The translations under genes were made by a program, and so were the position numbers. From contig CM082594.2 of the NCBI GenBank assembly GCA_040954595.2, forward strand, positions 11,796,985-11,860,984: a DNA stretch of 64,000 nucleotides, in the 5' to 3' direction. Shown piece after piece: positions 25,401-35,700 of the stretch. This stretch comes from Balanoglossus misakiensis. Its lineage: Eukaryota > Animalia > Hemichordata. Under the pieces are notes generated by a model. That model did not search any database. It saw nothing but the letters and a program-made list of their open reading frames with translations, and had not been told where the DNA came from. Every line of letters starts with the position of its first letter. The first letter of the stretch is position 1.

Positions 25401-28400
25401 ACAAGACACAATTTTAAATGACAAAGCCACCTTCACTCAGCCCACCACCATCAATTACTGAAAACAAGAAAAATTTGAGCCAGTTTTGACGGTATTGTGG
25501 AATCATATTTGCCATTTTTGACTGTTAATTTTTCATGTGTGATATTTTTTACCTTGACATACAGCTCAGCAGAAGAAAGAAAGAAATTTTACCAAAAGCA
25601 AGAAGCAGATGAAGACATTGCCAGATTTAGAGAATATAAACAACAGCAAAATTGGTTGGAAGCAGAAACAAAAAGAAAGGTACATGTACAAACAGAAAAG
25701 TCTTAATGAAAGTCAATTTACAACTTAACAAGTAGTGAAATCACTATCTGATACATGTAAAAAAATTATCACCTACTTCTATCCTTGACAAAATTATCCT
25801 AAGGCGCTAAATCAATACATTAAACAATTGCATATTATTTTAAAAATACTCTAAGCAGATTTTGCACTTTGACAGTGTTGAATCATTGAATCATATAACT
25901 TTTCAAAAAAATATATCAATATTTTATCTGTTGAATCATTTAGCTAATGACTTGGAATGAATTCTAATCTTTTACACAGGATTTAATGATGTTGAAATCT
26001 TACCAACCATTTGGTAAACCAGGTGGAGGAGCACCAGCTGACAATTACAAACGGACTAAAAATATAGCACAGATGGATTTCGATGGAAAGAATGAGGTAT
26101 GATTACTCATAATATGTTTATGTAAGTTTCTGATATTGTGGTACAGAAACATGTAGTACATGTGGGTGGTAATTCATGGGATTTCAGTTTGGATGGTTTC
26201 AGACAATTGGTCAACTTTGTATGATGGAACCGTCTGTGCTTGGAGCAAGGAACTAAGGAACTTGCAATCATGATACTATATCCTGCAGCCAAAATAGCAT
26301 CCATGTCAAACAAAGGTTTAATTCTCACACTGGAGTTTAATTAAATAATAACACATGATAGCGAGGGCAATATCACAATTTGTTGCCTGCCCAAGGGTTG
26401 GTGACCATGACCGAAATATTGATGATGCCCGAGCCGAAGGCGAGGGCATCATCAATATTTCGGTCATGGTCACCAGCCCGAGGGCAGGCAACAAATTGTG
26501 ATATTGCCCTCGCTATCATGTGTTATTTATTTTATTACACCGAACATTCACACAGCATACAAGACAATATCACACAGTCAGGATTTATATTACCACAACA
26601 GTTTAATGGCCAAACACGAAACAACAATAAACCAACAATAAACGTACTGGGCATATTTCACAAAAGATAAATACTGTCATTGTTTTTGTCCAAGAAAAAT
26701 GTTAAAATTTCCTCCTGTGATCGTTGCACCTGCAAACAAGGATGCTGCAGCTGATTTGGGTGCGGGTATATTAATATTTGGCTGGGCCACACCACTGAAA
26801 GCAGGCTGCGAAATGATGGATGAAAGTGGTGAGCGATGTGCTTGTTGTGGGGGGCTTGATGTTGCGATGGCTGCACCGTGGTCACCAGTTTCGTCAGCAG
26901 CAGATGGTGTCATTGTTGCGGATGAAAGGGTTTCTGCCATCAATTTCTTCTGCTGGATTGACGTATCCCTGACATAGGAGGAGATGCTCCCTTCGTTTCG
27001 ATGGCGGCTCACACTCATGATGTGCCTATTGTTGAAGCCGGATTCGCTAAGAAGTGTGATGGACGTGGCACGAATACAATGATTTGTGTAGCGTTGACTT
27101 AATTCTGCTGCTGCAGATATAGTGGCCATCATCGCCGATAATGTATTTTTGCCGAGTGGTTTGTTCTCGTACCACAGCGCGTCGTCACTACTGTAGTTAT
27201 CGCGTGGTCGTTGAAATAGTGCGTCGCATTTACGGTTTATCTTCGAAATATACAGTTCGTAGGTACGAACGGGGCACCGAGATAAATTGGTGGGGTTGGC
27301 ATACATGATTCCGCCCGACACACCATCGTCATCATATTGGTGGTTTTTTGTCACCTCGCTCCCAACTTGGATCACGTACTTATTCCCACGGTCGTCCGTG
27401 TTAACCTGAAAGTTTTCAGGACGGAGGTCACGCTGCCCTTCTCTACCACGGCGACAAAAATACAACATGATATCGAACCATACCTTGTGCAGAAGTAAAG
27501 TTGCGTCGGTATTCGAGCGACTGAAGTAGGTGGCTAGTTTAGCGAGATCGCCCGGGAGTATGGCCGGTTTGTGTACAACATTTCCTTTGCCCTGGCTTTT
27601 CAGTCGCTTGCAAACTGCACTAAACATCTTCCGGCTATTGGAAAACTCATCGCCATCAACTATATCGAAATTTCGGCGCATTGGTGGCTGATTGAAAAAT
27701 CGCTGAATGCCGTATCGAAGTGATTGAAGAGACTTGTTCGTATATAGTTCTCCTTTCTGAGTTCGCACTTCAGCGTAGAATGTAGTCAGGGCTGCGTCCA
27801 GAGTCGTCGCTGTGAAGGTCTCGATCTCCCGGTGACTATATCCGTACTTGGCACTGAGATAATTTCGGAAAACGGATACTGCATTGTTGGTCGCTACTCT
27901 CGTGTTTTTGCTGTCCATTTGAAGTAAAATATCATCCAGTTGAGCTGGTGTCAAATCAGCGTGTCGTTTTGAAGCCATAGTGGTGGTGCGTTAAAGGGAA
28001 AGGGTTTGTTGTGAACGACAATTTGTTGATGCGCAGAAATGGTGCGCAGAACACAAAAACAACCCAGCGGGCTATATCAGCGCACGCGACAGGGCTTTAT
28101 CAACTCTAGCCATGTTATATCACTTTTTTCTCTATGTCACGTGAGCGCGTCTCAGCCAATCACGAATACGACATAATACGTGAGGTGTAATAAAAATTCT
28201 TAAGATTAAATGACTGCCAAGCAAGCATTAGCAAGCACTGGTTAGGAAGGTCAGTGTCATATCACTGGCATATTTCGAGTGATTAAGATTCACATGAGCG
28301 TATAGTATGTTCAACTCGCATAGACACGTGGCACTGGCAGATAATTTCACTGATTTTACATTGAGGTGTTTACATTCCATTTGTTTGCAACCAAGGTTAC

Positions 28401-29689
28401 TTTTTATGTAAACAAGGTTTATGCCCTGTCACCCACCAGTACTTAGAGAAGTCAGTTATTGACGACTCCTATCAACTTGGCATTCTATTGGTCTATAAAT
28501 TGACTTCTCAGACTTGACAGGGACGCTAAAGTTGTCAATGGTGTACATGTATCTACATTGCTGAATGACCATGTTTTGAATGGAGAGCTACTTGGTGTCC
28601 ACTCTGTTTTGTTTCTTATTGTGAAGGCTTAGGGACGCAGGAAATTTGGTGAACATTTTTAGTAGCTGGAACATTTTGAAATAAAGCTGTGCAGATTTAC
28701 ATGTATGATGTACTTATTCTTGCAGACGATTTCAACTTATGAAAATCCTAATGTAAGTGAAAAAAAACACAGAATTGCATGACGCCAAAATAAAAATATG
28801 TGTGGTTCACATAACGTGGTGTTCAATATTACATTTTGGAGGGCCTGTGATCAGGCTGTGGTTTAAAGTGGGGTCTGCTGAGTACAAGAAACACACATAT
28901 TTTCTTCGCCTAAATGCATGATGGTATAACTTAATAAAAAAATTAACAGCCACGATAATTCAAAGCATGAATTTTTACGATTGCTAATTTGAAAATATCT
29001 TCCCAATACTGACCCCTGTCCAAAATGTAATCTTTCTACTTGGATGTTTGGTTTCATGTATGATGTACTTATTCTTGCAGATGATTTCAACTTATAACAA
29101 TCGTAATGTAAGTGAGAAAAACAGAATAAAATAATTTTAAACAAAAAAACAAACAAACAAACAAACAAACAGAACAGATTTCCTGAAGTTTTTTTATGTT
29201 TTATTGAAAGTAACAAACAAAAGACCCCCAAACTGCAACTTCACCATAAAAATTCACTTGTGAATCATATCCTAAATAAATATAATGACATCTGAAATTG
29301 GGAATCGATCACAAATCGAGCAATTCATGTTTTCTGTGAGAATGATAATCAACATCTGCTTTGAAAAGTGATACAGGCAGCCATTGTTACCTAATACAGA
29401 GTGATGCTTTTCGTGTTCTGTATGATGTAGTGGTTGTGGTGTTGGTGGTGGTGGTGGTGGTTACCATAGCAGACATGGGATAGTGGTGATTTTTTAGTGA
29501 TGACTGATGTGTTGCTATGGGATGGTGTTGGGTTGCTGTTCCAGTGCTAGGATACAGTGTTAAAGCAACTGCAAGAAAAATGGGAAAATTATCAACAAAT
29601 CTGTCAGTTAGAAGCTGTAGCTGTGTCATCTGAAATTGGTGAATCTTTTGCATATACAATTTTGGTTTTCTCTGTACTTCTATTGATGT

Positions 29690-29720
<31 letters not shown>

Positions 29721-32700
29721 TTTTTTATTGTTTTTTTTAACAGTTTGAGTTTGGCAAGCCCGGTGCTGGTGCTCCAAGGAGGTCAGAGTCTGGGAATGTC
29801 GTAACGAATCTACGATCTGACAATGAAATTCATTTCCAGAAGAACAAAGGAGGCTTGACAACGATAAACAATCACAAGCGATACTCTGAAGGAATAGACA
29901 GAGCGCGCCAATACCATGGCGAATTAGGTAGGTCATTCAGTCAACTCGGGTGAAAATCTCACTTTTTTTATTAATATCTGTCAGTGGTTATTTCTTTGTG
30001 GTGGTTTGGTTTATATTAAAGGCAAGCTACAAAGCAATTGCTATACAGGTGTCAGGTTGCCCAGTGTATAGCACAGTTTTTTACTATGCGAACTATTTCA
30101 TGAAAGCTGTACTTCACGGTATTTTGAGCCTTTTTAGCCATGTGTAACCCAAATTTCTTGAAAGGTATACCAGCGTGAAGTAGCAGCAATGTTCTTTGGT
30201 TTTGATGTGGAGTTGAAATGGGAGTTGGTTGGCAACATTTTGTTGAGAACATATGGGAGATTAACTTCGCGTGTGATGTCGTGTGGTACGTGTCATCATT
30301 TCTGGTCAGGAGCTGTACATAACACATGTTATTGTGAAGGTTGAAGTAGCTATCCTGTTCCACATTGTTCCTGCCAATCAGACAGAACTGGTTCCACTAA
30401 ACCTTTTTTCTTCTTGATTCACTTGGGATTAAAGTGTCAGCTTGGTATTTTCTGTGATTTTGTTTTATTTGGACAGTTGTAAGTTAAGCATCTTTCTAAA
30501 TAATGGGATATGTTTCCATCCATCCGCTGTCAACAAACGCCACATGTCCGGTAATGAGTGATGTCTCGACATAATCTACACATGTTAATTTACAGGCAGA
30601 TCCACAGCTGGCCTTGTGTGTATCTAGTAAATCTATTACCCGTTTTCTCATGGATGAGGCAAGACAAATGTTGATTAATATAATCCTGTCTTTTTAAAAT
30701 CTTGTTTCAGAGAATTTAGCTCTTGAGCAAAGAACAAAGAAAGAAGTTGAAAAATACAATGAAAAGCAGGGTGAAAGAAAATCGGTAAGAATGAGATTGT
30801 TGTTGTGATTGTACTTCAAAGCATTACATGTAATATTTGCATTTTAATTTTTTTTATGATATGGATTTTTTATTTTGCCAAAAGCAGAGCAGCAAGGCCA
30901 AACACAAAGAAATATGAAATTCTTGAAATTGGATTTACAGCATAAAAGTAATTCCAGTGGAATTTATCCGATGGCATTGATGTTGGCAAACTTCAACTAT
31001 TTTACTTTTTATCTTCCAGTGGGATTATAATCCCTTTGGTAAGCCTGGAGCTGGCGCACCAATGAAAACAGATTCTGGTAAGTAGTTCCTGTTATTGTAT
31101 TTTACATTTTTCCTTACATGGTAATTCAAGATGCACAATTTCTCAGATTCTTTCCTTATTTGGATGTAAGTCATTGGCTTTTCCATAGTGATGATATTTT
31201 CATAATTGTATGGATTGCCCGCCCTTCTTAATTGTTAGTCTGAATTGTTAAAGTTATGAAGAGACTGACTGTGTTTTAACTTTTTTTCAAGGACGTCTCA
31301 AAGCTGGCCGTGAAATGACCCTTACAAATGACACTTTAGAAATGAGAACCGTTGAAACAAAGAAAGTTTACAGAGACATGACAAAACCACAAGGTTAGTA
31401 GGGGTTTTCGTTGGTATTTTAGAGACTAATGCAATATGATATTCCTGATGGGATTAAGATGGAAAAGCTAATCTGTGTGGTGGATTTATCAAATCCAAGC
31501 TCACATGAGGTAACTCCAAACAGGTGTATCATAAGAACATGGTCATGTTAGCATTAACTCAAAAATCAAAATGCACTTCTCAAGTAAATATCTATTATTA
31601 TGCTGTAATGAGTACTGATATATTAATAAATAATACTATTTACATATTCACTCATCTTTGTGTTTTCCATTTCAGTTAAGAGAGGGGAACAACAATCAAT
31701 CTGGCCAGAGGTAAATTCAATTTATCATTTCATTGTGAAACAGAGAGAAGTTCGTCATACCATTCGCTAGTGTGTTTTTTTGTTTACTTTCCATTGTAAA
31801 TCACTATGGAAACATAAGTAGAACACAGAATATAAATATTTTCCTCCTTAAGCAGAGTTAATGATAGCTTTACTGAAGGAAATTATATCATTTAAATAAC
31901 AGTCTACTTTCTTGAGCGTACTGAAGATTGCGATAAGATTTAAAGTAATAAGGCAAGGGGTTTTACGTTTCTCAGAAGGGGATTGAATATCTCAACTCTT
32001 GTGTTGTGAGAGCCATGCTCCCAATTGCAGCAAGCCTTTCACTGTTAACTGATGGTTGAAATGTAAACGTGCGTGTATAAAGTTACTCTGTCTGTGTTGA
32101 ATGCATTGAAGTGTAAAAGTAAAATTTCTTTCCCTCTCTGCCACTGTGCTAAGGTTCCCTTTGTCTTTCTTCCATTGTGATACGTTGTAAATAAGACTGA
32201 ATAAAATGTGAAAGTCGATCCCTAGATCTTTTATCCAATTGTGCAACGTCCTTGTGGTTTATCAGCTCTGTCAAACAAAATCACCATCAGTATGGTCATC
32301 GCTTTTAAAAGTGAAAATGAAATTACCGGAAGAGAAATTCCAGCCAAATTTACTGAGTAGCTGAATATTTTAAATAATTTGAATTAATGTGAATTAGTTT
32401 GTTAGAAGAATCAAGAATGTACTCTCATCCTTTTGAAGTACTTGGTTTTATAACTATAAAAAATCCACTATCCTTGTGGGTGCAATGTCAGATCACATGG
32501 TATAACAAGAATTGACAATTTCATGGCATTTTCTTCAGGATCGTCCCTCAAATTATGATCCCTGGGGCAAAGGTTATGGCGTGCCTAACAGAGATAACAG
32601 AGGCTATGTCAAAAGACACAAGTGGGGAGATCCTATTGGAGTCAGGGAATATGTCGATCCAGGTGTCAAGGTAAGCTTTTCCTTTGATTAGTGGTTGAGT

Positions 32701-35700
32701 TTTTTCCATAATAGTTTAGTGTTTTGATAAATTGCTTTGGTAATATGATCATGGTGATTGACATTTGAAATCTTTGGATTTTTCAGGGGGGTACCCTGGA
32801 GACCAAACCTTATGGTGGTGGTGGCCATCTTGTTGATGAGAAAGGTGAAAAAGTCACCAAGTTCAAAATTACAATGGAGCAAGACAAATTCGGAGGTAAG
32901 ACATAATCCGTAATGGAGTTGCAAAGCATAGGATTCTTTGTTTCAGAGCAGCAAAGAGCATTATGCTAATTTTGGTTTACAAATGACTGTCGGTAAAATG
33001 TGCTATCAACATGCGCAAATAGTTTACATTAAAAAGCAAATGTGGGACAAACAGGTTCATCCACCAATGAATATGCAACATGCACTAGCTGATAGCAACA
33101 GCACTCTGAACAACTGTCATGCAAGTCCAACTCAAGTTTACATTCACTACACTGTGCTTTCTTCACACTTGAAGTTTTGATAAGGTGAAATGACAGACTG
33201 TGGGTATTTCATTAAAAGGGTACCTGTACAGTGTTGGTACATGTATAATGAAGAGACATTTTGGTTGCAATGTGTAAATAAAAATTATTTTTCACCTATC
33301 TACTCAGTTTCTCTTGGCAAAGATGAAGGCCAGCCACAGACAAACTCTGTCATTTACGGAGTCCGAGGTATCCCAGAGATCTCTTGTGATATCTGATTAC
33401 TTTTGATGTTTACAAAAACAAAAAACGTAACCCTCTGATAATGCCAACTTTAATGAGCATGCTCTATTTCTGCCACTTTTTGCACCCTTTTGTTCCTGGT
33501 TTATGCCATGATTTTTCCTTGCATGAATGCACTGACTGATCATACCTTGTAAAGTAATTTGGTAACACTTTTTCTTCTGATTTTACTAGTGACAAGACAA
33601 AGTGCATTCTTATGTATGATTATACTATTGTGTACAAAAACCTTGATAATGACCATACTAGCTTTTTAGTACTGGAACAAGGCCACTTATTGGTAAACTG
33701 ACATGTGTACTGTACTTCATAAAAACACTTGATATTTAGTGGAAAGTGTAATGAGGATGTGTTCACAAAATCAATGAAACTCCATAGTGTTATAGTTGGC
33801 CTGTACGGTGTTTGAAAATAAGCCTGCATGCATGCACACTGACACATAAAATGCACAATGCTTATCTACATATGCACACAGAACATCAACATCATGAACT
33901 TGCAACTGGAATAGGCATGGACTTGTAATGCATGCATAAGCCTGTTGGCCTGACAATCCTTGTAACAACCACACTCACTCACTGTATAGCTCTCTCAGTG
34001 ACAACTATGAATTATTACTGTGGAGAAATAATTCATAATTCATTTTTAATATACATTGCCTGTATAAAGTACACTCGACTCAACATTCATGTCAGCCATG
34101 ATTGTTTATTTAGTAATTTATGTGCAATTTTTGCTCATGTACAAGTTATATTTTCTACAGAATTAGACTTTGAATGGACTAGAATGCATACTTGCACATA
34201 AATTGAATGATTAAAATTGCCATGGTCATTATCATTTCTCAGAAGCTTTAACAAATTCACAGTGATTTTCAGTGAGACAACTTATACATAATGGACATTA
34301 TGGTAGAATGAAGGTACCAATGTGAACTTGAAATGAAAATTGAACAGAACAGCTATCATGTCACAATGACAGACTAAACCTTTACTTTAAGTTGAAGCAT
34401 GTCACAGCACTTTCTAATTTTGATTCCTCAAATACAGGTGGCGTGCATGGTGCGAAAAGAGGGCCAGGTACAAAATTGCTATGTTTTTGCGTGTTGGTGT
34501 TGGTTGTGGGTTGCCTTAGTAACAATGACTCTGTTGTGTTTATACTGACACTGTCATTTCTGACATGGTGTGACAAACCTTGCCACTTGTTCTAGTAAAA
34601 ACATAATGTATCATTTGGGGAGATTCTGTTGGGTATAGAATTTGAGTGAGACGTGAAATGTTCGTTTCACACATTTTTTTTTTTTGCATTCACTATGGTG
34701 ATCTGACTTTTAACTTTCATCCATTGTATGTGTCTGTAGTGTTACATGTTTTGTTTTTGCCATTTGTTCTTTGTGTGTGGTATACTCTTTGCATGTAACA
34801 CATAATAGCCTGTTACATTGCGCACTCACTACTTCTGAAATTGTTTTGTATTTTCCCATATCACTCATCATCTCTGACTGAGTAGAAGTTTTCCCATCAC
34901 TTGGAACTTTGCAAACCCAATCATTAAAGGAACAAATTCACTCTTTACTGACATAATTTTGGTCATCTTTCTGCATCATATTTTTTTATTATATGCCTAT
35001 TGGTTCTGGCATAGTCATTGCTTTGATCTGATCTGATTTGAATTGGAAATCGCGGGAAAGTTGTCCTATTAAGTTTGGCTTGCATAGACAGTTTCGACTA
35101 CAATCTGACAAAATCATCAAACCTTTATCTATACTGCTACAATATGAACCACTTTATCTAACTTAACATAAGCACCACATAGTATTAAATACTAAATTCC
35201 TATTTCTTATGACAGTTATCCCACTGTCAGATTCCAGTTCATTTGAAACAGTATCAAGTTATCTCACACCCACCCATAAATCTTTTATTAGGAAATGTCT
35301 AATGTGTACAACCCTGGCATCTCTTGCAGAACCAATGACAAAATCCCTGATACAAGATAACACAGCCTACCACCCCTGGGGCAAGCCAGGGGCTGGTGCA
35401 CCAATTAAGGCTGATGATGGCAAAGTTGTGACTACCACAGCAGGCAAAATGTTGTACGACAAATTGGGTGGTCCCCATCCAAACAAAGAAGCTCAACATG
35501 TGTATCTTAAAGAACTTCGTAAGTATTCCTGTGACACTATTTCTACATTGATCTAAAATTTGAGGCCAGGTTTATCTGTATCAACCACTCTAAGTTAACA
35601 TCTTGTTTTGAGGAGGGAAGAGATTGAGTTTATAATACAGTAGTATTTCTGAAAGGCATACATTTGAATCCCACAGACTGGAGGTACAACATGTACAGTG

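Larger units (their letters stand above)
26346..28193 (-). mobile_element. Crypton-type tyrosine-recombinase DNA transposon with terminal hairpin, inserted antisense in an intron
   Basis: Bounded by the direct repeat TAATAA (26346-26351, 28188-28193). Contains one intronless tyrosine-recombinase ORF, a 181-nt palindrome at one end and a 12-bp internal/terminal inverted repeat. Visibly more GC- and CpG-rich than the host intron. No RT or DDE domain. Confidence 0.85.

Noticed and set aside
26347-26527. Hairpin as pre-miRNA, intrinsic terminator or CRISPR repeat
   Set aside because: Much longer and more perfect than a typical pre-miRNA, coincides exactly with the element boundary, eukaryotic context, and no repeat-spacer array. 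Hairpin-derived siRNA from the host intron is not excluded.
26380-26670. 96-aa plus-strand ORF over the hairpin
   Set aside because: By-product of the palindrome; no recognisable domain and no true ATG at its annotated start.
26699-26977. 92-aa ORF antisense to the recombinase tail
   Set aside because: Shadow frame of a GC-rich coding region.
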